NCBI GenBank assembly: GCA_951406725.2
Contig: OX597815.1
Span: 207,142,001 to 207,206,000 of the forward strand
DNA length: 64,000 nucleotides
Source: Octopus vulgaris
Lineage: Eukaryota
Reading direction: 5' to 3'
Of the stretch, positions 24,331 through 37,473 are shown piece after piece. Both the position numbers and the translations under genes were made by a program. How positions within the stretch are numbered: the first letter of the stretch is position 1; each line of letters starts with the position of its first letter. The notes under the pieces are model-generated. The model saw nothing but the letters and a program-made list of their open reading frames with translations. It had not been told where the DNA came from and made no database searches.

Positions 24331-24931
24331 AAAAATTTATTTTAAGTGGAGTGTGGAATAAGTTTATACAGAGCAAACTTCTATCCCTGCACGTAATTGT
24401 ATAAATTGAAGTGGTTCACTATACGCCAGATAGAAAAGGATTCATGTTAAGGAATTTAGGGGTACATAACCCCAACAGGCCTATGCTGGTCTCCCTTTCG
24501 TTACAGTTCATAATCTTATGTAGAGCTCTCCTTTTTGCAGTTTGTCTGGTAAAGAATATATACGTAAGCGTATCGTCCACACAAAACTAGAATAGACAGA
24601 TTAACATATTTAACTGCAATGCGACATATGAAAACAAGCTGTTGCCATGGTCGAAAGCTATTCTTTCATTCTTTGACTTGTTTCCGTCATTGGACTGTGG
24701 CCAAGCTGGGGCACCGCCTGAACGGGCTTAGTGAAACTAATTGACTTCAGTATATATACTTTTCATGTCTGGTACCTATTATAGTAGTTTCTTTCGTCCG
24801 ACTGGTTGGTTACGGTGACTAAGCAAAACAACACCGACTATCAAGTTGTGTATGTATATATATATATATATACACACGCGTGTATATATACATATATACA
24901 CGTATGTACATATATGTATGTGTGTGTGTAT

Positions 24932-25232
24932 GTGAAGTTGCATGGCCTGGTGACTAGGGTGTTGCACTTGCGGTCGCAAGATCGTGGTTTCAGCTTCTAG
25001 ACCGTGGCGGGGTGTTGTGTTCATGAACAAAAGAACTCCTCTTACGTTGCTCTGTAATCAATCCAACACCTGATGTCTGACACACCTAACCCGTTCAGGT
25101 GACGTCGATTTGGTGGGATGAGCGAGCTAATGTATAGCACAAGCATTCGATCGCATCATTATAAGCAAATCATTTGAGCAGGTTATTCAACAAGAAATTA
25201 TAGAGCCCTCTTTCTCGGACTACGAGAAACTG
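24932..25232 (+). mobile_element. Degenerate tRNA-derived SINE (same family as 44575-44800)
   Basis: gtgaagttgcatggcc head; shared gttcagg..acgtcgattt segment. Confidence 0.65.
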
Positions 25233-25277
25233 CCATCATATATATATAATCTTAAAAAAATAATAAATGGCCCTTTT

Positions 25278-25482
25278 TAAAGCCTAACCAGGCTCATGGG
25301 CCCGGTTTCCCGGTTTCTATGGCGTTTGTATTCCCCAGCTGGACAGGACGCCAGTCCATCATTTTTGCCAACTGGGTGGACTGGAGCAACGTGAAATGAA
25401 GTGTTTTGCTCAAGAACACAACGCGTCGCCCGGTCCAGGAATCGAAACCGCAATCTTACGATCACTAAGCCACGCTCCTCCA
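25278..25482 (-). mobile_element. SINE family E with RTE-type tail
   Basis: gtggaggagcgtggcttagtg head, ttcttgagcaaaacacttcatttcacgttgctccag body, gaaaccgggaaaccgggcccatgagcc tail. Confidence 0.8.
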
Positions 25483-25508
25483 CATATATATGTATAACAA
25501 ATAATATA

Positions 25509-25549
<41 letters not shown>

Positions 25550-25550
25550 A

Positions 25551-25582
<32 letters not shown>

Positions 25583-25754
25583 GGGTACAGGATGTCACCA
25601 ACTGTGTAAATAACATGAAATACGTAGACAAGCAAGTTAAATATATAAACAACGAGAAACAAAAATGGAAAACAGGGATAAGTAAATACAGAGAAGCGAC
25701 ACTTCTTCAGTCGTCGGTTGTCTATCTACTCCTCATTTCGAGATATATATATAT

Positions 25755-26015
25755 CGACAACCGGAAGTCGATAGCCAATGGCGAAGGGAGATGATCCCCT
25801 ATTGTTTACCTTCGCAGTGAGGCTTTTCCCTCTCCATATTTTGAAGAGGTCTTAGGCCAACAGGTTTTGTGGTTTGACGATACGCCATAAAGCTAATCCC
25901 TTTATGGACGGGAAATCCAAGGTAATCCCATAAACCGGCCGTCCCCAGTAAAAAAAAATACACACTGCTCTACATCTTAAAGTGTGCTTCTTCTCTGGAT
26001 TTGTTTTCTAGAAAC
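25755..26015. repeat. Unclassified dispersed repeat, related to 12430-12900
   Basis: Same shared segment as 12430-12900; flanked by (TA)n. Confidence 0.7.
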
Positions 26016-26019
26016 GATG

Positions 26020-26053
<34 letters not shown>

Positions 26054-26077
26054 ACCGCGTGTGTGACCGCGTGTGTA

Positions 26078-26255
26078 CCGTTGGCGATTTTTTTCCCTCT
26101 GTCTTCCCTTCTCTGGATCTTTCCTTCTCCTATGTTTCCGACAAAGAGCTCCGCTCGAAACATTAAACCCTCCTTCTTTCCTGAGCGTCCAATAATACTA
26201 TATTTGTTCAACTTCCTCGCGTTGTGTTTTTTTGTGCTTTCATGTTTGGATTAAC
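26078..26255 (+). mobile_element. Penelope-like terminal-repeat fragment with degenerate hammerhead motif
   Basis: gttt-ccgacaa-agagc-tcc-gctc-gaaacattaaac; related reverse copy at 40392-40506. Confidence 0.5.
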
Positions 26256-26267
26256 TATATATATATG

Positions 26268-26331
26268 AGCTATTCATCATTTGAAAAACACCGGCTAATA
26301 TTAGCCGGTGTTTTTCAAACGATGAATAGCT
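26268..26331. repeat. 64-bp spacerless palindrome (one mismatch)
   Basis: agctattcatcatttgaaaaacaccggctaat|attagccggtgtttttcaaacgatgaatagct. Confidence 0.95.
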
Positions 26332-27091
26332 TTGCGTAACCATGGTCTGTTTTGTTCTCTCTCTTTATTATCATCTTATAATCATCTCATAATAATGACT
26401 TTTATGACTCGTATTACTACCTCAGTGAATCTAAATGTATATATTTGTCGTTACCTGTCATAAATAGCCTTTTTTTATTTGCAATGTGCATTTTCGTTGA
26501 TTTTTCATATTTTACCCATATATATATATATATTGAATGAGCTTGCACACTATTTTCGTTTACCGAATTCACTCACATTGGACAACCCGGGATTGTATAG
26601 AAGACACTTGCCTAATGTGCTGCGCTAGATACTCTTCTGGAAATTTCCCCAGGTGATAGTCAACCTATGTCATCGTGCACTGTTGTTACATATTCGTTAG
26701 CCCTATACTGGGTTCATCTATCCGTTTGGCATGCATTCTTCCTCACCAGGCTTGCCTAGGCGCTGGCTCCCGACGACAATGTGACAGGTTAGACTGAATT
26801 TCAAGTTACCAGCATCACCGAGACAGACCTATCTATGTAATGTAGATATTATCTCGCCTTAGTACCCGGTGACTCCTTTCCTCATTTAAAACTGTAGGGT
26901 GTCATATGAGGGAAATTCGACTGCTATTTCTTCAAGGTCGAGCGGCCACGCAAAGGCTCTTCTTCATTGGTTCGAAGTAAATTTTGTCCTTGCTGTTATG
27001 TAGCATAACACCAAGTCTGACAGCATAAACTCGTGATAAAAAATGTTCCAGTCGTGACCATGCCCTCCGTCTGTGTATCAGGCACTCCATT

Positions 27092-27830
27092 ACTCTTTTA
27101 CTTGTTTCAGTCATTTGACTGTGGCCATGCTGGAGCACCGCCTTTAATCGAGCAACTCGACCCCGGGACTTATTCTTTTGTAAGCCCAGTACTTATTCTA
27201 TCGGTCTCTTTTGCCGAACCGCAAAGTTACGGGGACATAAACAGCATCGGTTGTCAAGCAATGCTATGGGGACACAGACACACAAACATACACACGCATA
27301 TATAAATATATACGACGGGCTTCTTTCAGTTTCCGTCTACCAAATCCACTCACAAGGCATTGGTCAGCCCGGGGCTATAGTAGAAGACACTTGCCCAAGA
27401 TGCCACGCATTGGGACTGAACCCGGAACCATGTGGTTGGTAAACAACCTTCTTACCACACAGCCACTCCCGTTTCAGTCGCTGGATTGCGGCCGTGCTGG
27501 AGTATCGCCTTGAAGAGTTTTAGTCAGACAAATCAACCCCAGTACTTATTTTTTTAAAGTCTGGTACCTCTATCGGTCTTTTTTTACTGAGTCACTAAGT
27601 TACGGGGACGTAAAAAAACCAGCGACGGTGGTCAAGCGGTGATGATGGGACAAACTCAAACAAAAACACGCACACAAACATAAATATGTATATATATGAT
27701 GGGCTCCTACACAGTTTTCGTCTACCAAATTCATGCACAAGCTCAGAATCCAGGGACTATAGAAGATGAAACTTGCCCAAGGCGATGCGCAATGGGACCG
27801 AACCCGAAAGCATGTGGTTACAAAGCGAGC
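27092..27830 (-). mobile_element. Two adjacent SINE family B copies (young 27092-27470; older 27470-27830)
   Basis: Reverse copies of family B. Confidence 0.85.
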
Positions 27831-28912
27831 ACGTGTTTTGTGGGAGGTTTGGCTCTTGTGTCCAATAGGCGAAGTGACCATCTAGCTAGAAGAACCCATG
27901 CTCTACAGCGAAAGCATCAGACACACGTTGATGTGACCTTGGAGCTGAGGAAGTTGCTGGAGAAATATTGCTAGGTAGTGATATAACAGATAGCTCAGAA
28001 AAATACATTCGCCTGATGTAAAAACCCTCCCTCCCACTCGTTCTCTCTCACACTTTCTATTTCAATCTTTTAGAAAGGTTGTTCAATAGATACTTCTATC
28101 TAATTGTTTTAGAGGGATGCTTAGTGTAAAACACGACTTGAAATATGAGAGACTTAGAGTGGTTATACTAGAGGCGGGCTGTGTTTCAGTTACATATATT
28201 GATGTACCTGCTAAAGCTCTACCAGTAAATTGATTTATTACATTAACACTTTGGGCGTTGCTGCATATTTGTATGAAGGAATGTATGTATCTATAAACAC
28301 ACGCATGACTGGGCGGTTATGAACTTCGCTTCGTAATCAGGAGACGTGGGTTCGATCCCACTGCATAGCATTTTGGGTAAGTCAACCCAGGTCTTGAGAT
28401 GTACTGTACCTGTAAGTCAAAGGTCCAGCCTCCTCACAAGGTGTATTGTTGATTCCAACTGTACACATGTCTGTGGGATATTCGACCACTTACACAGTAA
28501 GTCAGAGAGTAGACAGGTCAGTTGATCGAACAGTTCAATACTCATCTGAAAACGTGACGGAGATCCATTTATTGATATTTGTGTTTGTATGCGTGTGTGT
28601 GTGTATATATACATATATATATTTCGAAACCGGTACCAGGTTGACTAGCATTTGCTTGTTCTGACCCATTTGAGGTAAGACATTATTATTGTTCACCGAT
28701 ATTTTTCCCTATCTTGTCTGTAATAGATTGGTGACTATTTGGTGGTACAGAATTATTTTTTGTCTTCTATCATTAGCGATATAGGTACTCGTTTAGTACC
28801 CTTGTGTATATATTTACATATCTAATATTGCATGTATATATTTTATTAATTTGCTTGTACGGCTGATAATTCGCTTACCACTTGTGATGGTATTTTAATA
28901 ATACCATCCCTA

Positions 28913-28966
<54 letters not shown>

Positions 28967-29011
28967 TACACACACACATATATATATATATGTAATATAT
29001 ATGTAATGTAA

Positions 29012-29242
29012 GGCGGCGAGCTGGCAGAATCGTTAGCACGCCGGGCGAAATGCGTACCTGTATTTCGTCTGCCGTTACGTTCTGAGTTCAAATTCTGCCG
29101 AGGTCGACTTTGCCTTTCATCCTTTCGGGGTCGATTAAATAAGTACCAGTTACGCACTGGGGTCGATGTAATCGACTTAATACCTATGTCTGTCCTTGTT
29201 TGTCCCCTCTGTGTTTAGCCCCTTGTTGGTAGTAAAGAAATA
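29012..29242 (+). mobile_element. SINE family A
   Basis: Full-length; TSD atatgtaatgtaa. Confidence 0.93.
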
Positions 29243-30581
29243 TATATGTAATGTAAGTGTATATACACACTCACACATATGCACATGCGCACGTGCATAC
29301 ACACACACACGCACACAAAAGAATCGAAAAAGATAAAGGACTAAACTGCTGACGAGAATCGAACCACAGATGGTTTGTTTACCAGGCTGAGGTGCAGCCA
29401 TCCGCTTTTCTCTTTCTCTCTCTCTCACATGCACGCACGCACACACACACACACACACCATCCGCCGCGTGTATGGATGTGCGCGCCGCCGTTGAATGTG
29501 TGCGTGCTTTAAATCCGCGAGCGTGTGTGAATGTGCTCCTACGTAAATGCTTATGCGCGTGCGTATGTGTATGTCTGCGCGTGCGAGTATGTGCACATCC
29601 ATGTGCGCATATTTCTGCATAATGCATTCCCATGCGTGCGTTTGTGTACATGTGCGTGTGCGTGTTTGTGTGTGTGCGCGTATGTAGTGTTCATATACAT
29701 GTGTATGCGTTGGTATGCATTTTCTTTTGCATTTTATAATTTCATTCAGCGCTTGCTTTCGTCTGTTTTTTCTTTTTTTAACTTCCTTCATAACTCTCCT
29801 TCTTTCTTTGTTTTCATTATCTCCTTCTCTCTATCTCTTTCTCTCCCTCTTTCTATTTATCTCTCCCTTTCTCTCTGTGATTCTGTCTGTGCGCGCACGG
29901 CAAAGAAAGAAAGAGATAGAGCGAGAGAAAGACAAAAAAAAAAGAGAGCGGAAGAGAGAGAGAGAGAGACCTAATATTGTTTGTTGACTTTTTAAATTCT
30001 TTCGATGTTCAGAGCATTCATCCCACCCCCTTCACCCATTCTGTCCCCCCCTAATAATTTTTTATTTACTTATTTAGTTTTTCGATTTATATCTTTTCTT
30101 CCAGTCCTCATTCACACCGCTTATCAACAACACTGCATGTTTTTTTCCCCTCCACTAATAACATCGTTCACTTGCATACCGATAAATAATTTGCACAGCC
30201 CACAGCCCCTCGCTATTTCTCAGCGTTACACGTCCCGACCGTTCGTGCAAATTGCTTCGTTTATCACCATCACCAACATCAATATCAACAACAGCAAAAA
30301 GCCTTACATCAACTTCACTTGTAAATAATGTAAAATATATGAAAACAACAACAAAACGAAAAAACACTCAATTCTTGGGTAGCCACCGTCTTCTTGGTTT
30401 CCACGTGCTGCTGTCCAATCAACTATCACCGCCGTTAACCACCACCACTACAACCACCACCATCACCACTACTACTACTTTCACCATCACCACTACCGCA
30501 ACCACAGAACATCCCACCATCATTATTACTACGATAATTAAACCCACCTACTTACTGACATAACACGCAGCAGATACAAGC

Positions 30582-30613
<32 letters not shown>

Positions 30614-30871
30614 TAAAAAATGTGTGTGTTTGTGTGTATATATATACATATATATAGTTTACATACATGCGTAACGTAGAAACACGCGCACAAACGTACC
30701 ATGTGCAGGCACACATAACATACAAATATACATACTTAAGATATAAATATAAAAATGTATACACGAACATATACATATCATATAGTAAATACACGCATGC
30801 AGGTATATATGTGCATATAATAATATACAAAGGTGCATAACATCGAAGCATACGCTTCCATACAAATACAT

Positions 30872-30934
<63 letters not shown>

Positions 30935-31771
30935 CGGACATAAATACATAGGTAAGACAGAAACGTACATGCGTACCTTCACAAATATATCATGCATAAA
31001 AGCATGCATGAAACACAGCGTAATGTGACAACACTCTACACAACGCCTTAGCTACTTGCACAAACAATACATACATACACACACTATATATATATATATA
31101 CATATATATATGTGTGTGTATATATATGTATGTATATCACAGTTACTTCTACACAAACACCCACCTCTTTCACTCCTACCAGCAATGCCAGTAACAGGCA
31201 AAAAATGAAAAAGTAACGAAAAAAAAACAAACAAAACAACACAACCAGCTACTACCATCACCACCGCACTATCGTAACATCATCACCAGTAGTAGTAGTC
31301 GTAGTAGTAGTAGTAACAACAGTGGCAGGCACATGAACAGCAACGTAAACAACAACAGTGTCACTTCTCTTTATTTATTCATTTATTTAACATTTTTTTT
31401 GGGGGCTTCTTCTTCTTCTTCTTCTTTCCAAAGAGTAGGAAATCGCGGTATTATTAATCAGTTGTAGTAAATATCAGAAACGGCATTATTCGGGAATCAC
31501 ATGTAGACGGACTGCATGCAATGATATAACAACAATAATAACAACAACAACAACAATAACAACAACAACATATATATGTATACATACATATACGACGCTG
31601 TATCGGTACATACGTTGAAGCATCACTATCTATAGCACTGGATAACTACCGTATTCATTTGATATATACATACATATATGTACTGACCAAACTTAAAAGA
31701 CTCCGGCAGACTCCACACTCAGCACCAAGCCTGAAGCTGCAACATCGCACACGGACAACTTTCTGTTCGCG

Positions 31772-31807
31772 ATGCCCTGGATTACCGTATTGACTTTAAT
31801 CACCTTA
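31772..31807 (+). CDS. Candidate first coding exon (signal-peptide-like MPWITVLTLITL)
   Basis: ATG in gcgATG with an upstream in-frame stop at 31694; 12 mostly hydrophobic codons followed by consensus donor gtaagt (31808-31813); lies at the end of a SINE-free block; no downstream exon identified. Confidence 0.35.
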
Positions 31808-32289
31808 GTAAGTTCAATACTTGCTATTTAAAAAATCTACTTTTTTTTAATTTAAATTTTCATTTTCTTTTCGTGTTGTGGTTATTTTGCTATTGCTGTT
31901 GTCATTCTTAATATACATACATATTATTATTATTATTATTATTTTTTTTTTTTTTTTTTGGTTTCGGCATTTTACATTTTGTGTTAAAATTTCGCCGTGG
32001 TCATCTTTGCCTTTTTTTTTTACCTATCCGAGGTCGCTAAACCGAATTATCAATCAAGTACTGAGGTCGGTTGTAATTAACTAAGCTTTCTCGATGCAAA
32101 ATATAGAAACAGTTATAATTTATCAATCATGAGCAAATTAAATCAATATGACACAACCTTCTGAGTTCGAATCTTGCCGGTGTTCATTTTCTTTTCATCT
32201 CCCATGGGATACATTAAATTAAGTTCCAATCCAGTACTGGTGCAGCTACAGTCGATAATATATACACCCGACTCTGTGTGTGTATGTAT

Positions 32290-32361
<72 letters not shown>

Positions 32362-32994
32362 ATTGGGTCGATAAAGAATCGACAGTGAAGTGGAACGTCG
32401 ATAAATGCCTTGCCATGTTTTATTACATACCTGTAAGTTACAAGTTCATATCGCTTTGTAGTCGACTTTACTCTTCATTCTTCCGGGATTGGTTCCGATA
32501 AAATAAACAGCTGTCAGATACTGGAGTCGATTCAATTTAAAACACCTTACCTTAACCCTCAAACTTTCTGTGTGTTTATTTTTGTCCATGATAAGAAATT
32601 GTTGATCGATGTATGATTGATTGAAGAAGTAAATGTTACTCCTTGAGTCGGACAAAATATTATTCCACCGATGCGGAACACGTAAGGTGGCGGCCGGAAT
32701 ACCTTGAGCTTCTTTTTTTTTTAATTACATTCTACATTTTGAATTTTTGAATTCAAACACTGTCGGGGTCGACTTTGTCTTTAATTCATTTGGAATAAAA
32801 AGTAAAATAAGCACCAGTCTGTTACATCGGTCAAGAAGGTTCCGAAGTCAAACGTCACTGGGAGTTGAACTCAGAACGGAAATGTTGCTTAATAATGATT
32901 TCGTTTACATAACGATATCAATTGCCAAATCGACTCCAGCCACCAGCTGTCTCCCCTTCCGAAGAGAAAAAATACATGATGGTCTTGTATGTAT

Positions 32995-33370
32995 AGACGT
33001 AGGCTTGGCTGCGTGGTTAAGAAGTTGTTTTACAACCGCGTGGTTTCGTGTTCAAACCCACCACGCGGCATCTTCGGGAAATGTTAGCCTTTTTTTAACC
33101 CCGGGCACGACCAATGGATTACAAGTGAAATCGGTTGATGGAAATTGTGCAATAGCTCGTTATGTGTGTGTGTGTGTGTGTGTGTGTCATTTACTGTTTG
33201 ACAACTGTTGCTGAATTATTACCGTTACTGCATCGTAGTGGTCTCGCAACAAGTAATTGATACAATAAGTAGCAGATTCATGAAAGAATTACTGGGGTCG
33301 ATTCGATTGACTTAACGTTTCAAGTCAATGCCCTAGCCTGGCTGCAACCCAATACCGAAACGAGTAAATG
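32995..33370 (+). mobile_element. Highly degenerate SINE family B
   Basis: ggctgcgtggttaagaag head; actggggtcgattcgattgact. Confidence 0.65.
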
Positions 33371-33549
33371 AAGAAAAAAGGTTGGGGGTGAGGCTGTTAT
33401 TAGCTCCGACTACCTGCTTTACGTTAATTACATTTTGCGCTACCTGTAACTATATATATATATATATAATATGAAATGTGCATATATATATATATATATG
33501 TGTGTGTGTATATATGTGTGTGTATATATGTACTATTTGCAGTTCTATA

Positions 33550-33765
33550 AGGCGGCGAGTTGGCAGAATCGTTAGCGCACCGGACAAAATTGTATCGCGG
33601 CATTTCGTCTGTTTTTACATTCTGAGTTCGAATTCCACCGAGGTCGACCTTACCTTTCATCCTTTCGGGGCCGATGAAATAAGTACTAACCGAGCAGTGG
33701 GGTCGATGTAATCGACTGCTCCCCTCCCATCCCCACAAATTCCAGGCCTTGTGCCTATACTAAAA
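33550..33765 (+). mobile_element. SINE family A (alternative tail)
   Basis: ggcggcgagttggcagaatcgttagc head; ccccacaaattccaggccttgtgcc tail. Confidence 0.85.
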
Positions 33766-34432
33766 AAGACATTCTTGTACCACCGCAACGCGGCTAAATA
33801 GCAGAGTGGTTAGCGCTTTCGGAAAAATGCTTTGCGGTATTTGTTTCGACCCATTAAACCCCCTGCTAAGGTTAGTTTAGCTTTTCCCCCTTTCGCTGTC
33901 AATAAGGTAATGTGCTGGTCAAGCACCGGGTTCGATCATATTGGATAACACCTTCCCTCAAAATTGCAGGTCTCGTGCCAAAATCAGTAGCTATTATTTA
34001 CAGCACTGTTTTCTATGCACTGTAATAAACTCGGAGTATATATATATATATTTTACCATTTATCATTCTAACATCTACAAAATTACCTACAAGCTATCTA
34101 CTACAGTCGATTTGAGTGTCTGCTTCTTCTGTACCAGAAATATTTGCGCTCTTATGTAGATATAAGTACTTGTTAAATACTGAACTTAGATATATGCACA
34201 AGTTTACATTACGTACAAATGTTCCTACATATTCATTTCTGCCCATGAGTTCGGGAAGGGGTTGAGAGCATCTTAGGAAAAGTTGGTCCTTGTGATAAGC
34301 AGAGCACTTTAACATTCTCCCAACTAATATTAGCAGAGATGATAAGCACCCGGTTTGGTGGCTTTAATATTCCCAACTACTTTTATGATAAGCACCCGGT
34401 TTAATTGTTTTAGGCAATCAGCTTAAGCCGGC

Positions 34433-34479
<47 letters not shown>

Positions 34480-34564
34480 CGGTATGCATCTATACAAACA
34501 CGACAAACCGCATATTATGGTTGCGCGATAATGTGAAAGTGTATGTGTGTGTGTGCATATATAT

Positions 34565-35034
34565 ATATATATGAATATGTGTACATGTATGTATGAACAT
34601 GTATGTATATATATATATATATGAATATGTGTACATGTATGTATGAACATGTATGTATATATATATATATGAATATGTGTACATGTATGTATGAACATGT
34701 ATGTATATATATATATATATATGAATGTGTACATGTATCTATGAACATGTATGTATATATATATATATGAATATGTGTACATGTATGTATGAACATGTAT
34801 GTATATATATATGAATATGTGTACATGTATGTATGAACATATATGTATATATATATGAATATGTGTACATGTATGTATGAACATGTATGTATATATATAT
34901 ATATATATGAATATGTGTACATGTCTGTATGAACATGTATATATATATATATAAATATGTGTATAATATATATATATATATATGAATATGTGTACATGTA
35001 TGTATGAATATGTGTACATGTCTGTATGAACATG

Positions 35035-35074
<40 letters not shown>

Positions 35075-35105
35075 TATGTGTACATGTATGTATGAACATG
35101 TATGT
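34565..35105. repeat. Minisatellite: about a dozen units of gaatatgtgtacatgtatgtatgaacatgtatgt(at)n
   Basis: Direct reading; constant ~34-bp core with a variable AT spacer. Confidence 0.92.
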
Positions 35106-36297
35106 GTATATATATACATACGTACGTACATATTCATACACTCACACACACACACACGTGTGTGTGTGTGTGTGTATGAATATGTACGTACGTATGTATA
35201 TATATTTGTATGAGCATGTATGTATAATAATATGCGTGCGTGTACGAGAATATATATATATATATATATACTTACGCGCAGAAATCTACAAGCAAAACAA
35301 ACCACCTAAATACGGGTATGCGATAAGATGAACACGTGTGTGTGTATATGCAAATTTAACTACCTTTTTCCTTTCACGGTTGTTGCAGAAATGTCTTAAC
35401 ACGCGTTACGATATGTCGTCCGCGATAAATTTTTTGTTGAATATTTACAATCGGCTGATTATCTAATACTTTGGGTACGCATAACAGAATCATTACAACA
35501 CTTGTTATAAGTATTATTGTTTAGCCCCGGGCCACCCTTGGTTGAATTAAACTATGATCAAAGACAATTGTTATAAGAGGCATTGTGAACCCATAATTTC
35601 ATTACTTTATTATGTTGGATCCATTTTCCTTAATTTAAAGTGATACGCGTGGTGAATTGTGAGGAATTTTGTGGTGGGGGGGTTATTTTTAGTAAAATGA
35701 CAGACTACATACATGTTTTCTCATGTAGTTTTGTTGTCAATTACTGCAGCAGAGCGTGTGTATATAAAAGCACGAACACATATACACACACACTTGTACA
35801 CATACCAAAGGCGCTGTCATAATTACACGCTCACACACGCACGCACGCACAAACCAAACCACATGTATTTGAGGTTATCCTTACGTCACTGTGACTGCTT
35901 CTATATTAACGACAGAGTGAAAACAGTTTAACTCAACAATTGTAATTACACAACCGACAACCGGCATTTCACTCTTAAGCTTTCTCTTCTTCTACACTTT
36001 TTAGTTATATGAATGAAAAAGGTATGCGAATCAGCAGCGCTTACATTTAAGAAAAAGAACGCGTGAAAAGCATAATCAAAACAATTATAAAAGGAGAGTA
36101 AAGACATTATTATATATACATATATATATATACATTTTATATATATTCAATTTATGACTTTAATAATTCAATGTAGGTGCGTGGGAGTGTACGGTTTGTA
36201 GTGTCAGAATGTAAATAACATGTAAAATTTAACGAGCATAGCTGAAAAGTTTCTGTGTCTGCCTACCTCTCTCACTCACTCACTCAAACACTGTTTG

Positions 36298-36360
<63 letters not shown>

Positions 36361-36505
36361 TGTGTATATGAGTGTGTGTGTGGTTGTGTAATTAGTTATG
36401 GTTGTATAATTAGTTCAAACAGGATACATGGAACACAAAATTTGAGTATATTACTTTTTACTTAAGATCTATCTATATATATATATATATTTCTATCTAT
36501 ATTTA

Positions 36506-36560
<55 letters not shown>

Positions 36561-36646
36561 GCAAACGTGTGTGTACATGAATATATGCATGCACGTATGT
36601 ATGTATGTATGTATGCATGCATGTTTGTGTGTGTATATATATGTAT

Positions 36647-37012
36647 AGGTGCAGGCGGGCTGTGTGCTAACATGCTTGCTTCTCAACCACATGGTTCCAG
36701 GTTCAGTCCCACTACGTGGCACCTTGGACAAATGTTTTCAACTACAGTCTCGGGCCGACCAAAACCTTGTGAGTGGATTTGATGGACAAAAATTGGAAGA
36801 ACCCCGTCGTATGTGTGTGCGCTTTTGTTTTCCCCCATCACCGTTTGACAGCCGGTGTTGGTGCATTTACGTCCCCGTAACTTAGCGGTTCCGCAACAGA
36901 GACCGATAGAATAAGTAAAAAAAAAAAATCCTGGAGTCGATTCGATCGACTAAAATCCTCCAGGGTGGTGCCCCGGCATGGCTGCAGTTAAATGACTGAA
37001 ACAAGTAAAAGA
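36647..37012 (+). mobile_element. SINE family B (diverged)
   Basis: Full-length diverged copy. Confidence 0.85.
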
Positions 37013-37363
37013 ATACACACACACGCACACACACACACACATCTAGTGCGACAGGTAGAGAGAGAAAGAAAGCACCACGGAAATATATATATATATGCAT
37101 AAACATTATTATTTCTAAATCTCTCAAAGAGCGTTATTCAGAAGCAGTGCTTTAAAGTAAAGACTATTTGCCAACATAATGTGGCAGTCCTGAACGGGAC
37201 GAATGTTACTGTTGTTTAGTTCCAGGAAACGTCATTTCCAGCTGGCTGTGCGACACAATATCTGTGTCCTTATATTTTTGATCAAGGGACCTCAGCACCC
37301 ACTTTTGAGTAATAAGATAAAAAACTAAGGCTGTGTAGCTATTAGAGCATTTATTGATAGATT

Positions 37364-37415
37364 GTCTTACAGCTGTTTCTAGAATATTTATTAATTATAT
37401 CCCTTCATCGGAGAC
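37364..37415 (-). ncRNA. Degenerate type-I hammerhead-ribozyme-like motif (Penelope-type)
   Basis: GTCT-CCGATGA-AGGGATAT..ATATTCTA-GAAAC-AGCT-GTA-AGAC: stem I GTCT/AGAC, palindromic stem III ACAGCTGT, U4->C in the core. Confidence 0.55.
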
Positions 37416-37456
<41 letters not shown>

Positions 37457-37473
37457 TTATATATATATATATA

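Noticed and set aside
34565-35105. CRISPR-like repeat-spacer appearance
   Set aside because: Spacers are only (AT)n, there are no cas genes, and the context is eukaryotic.
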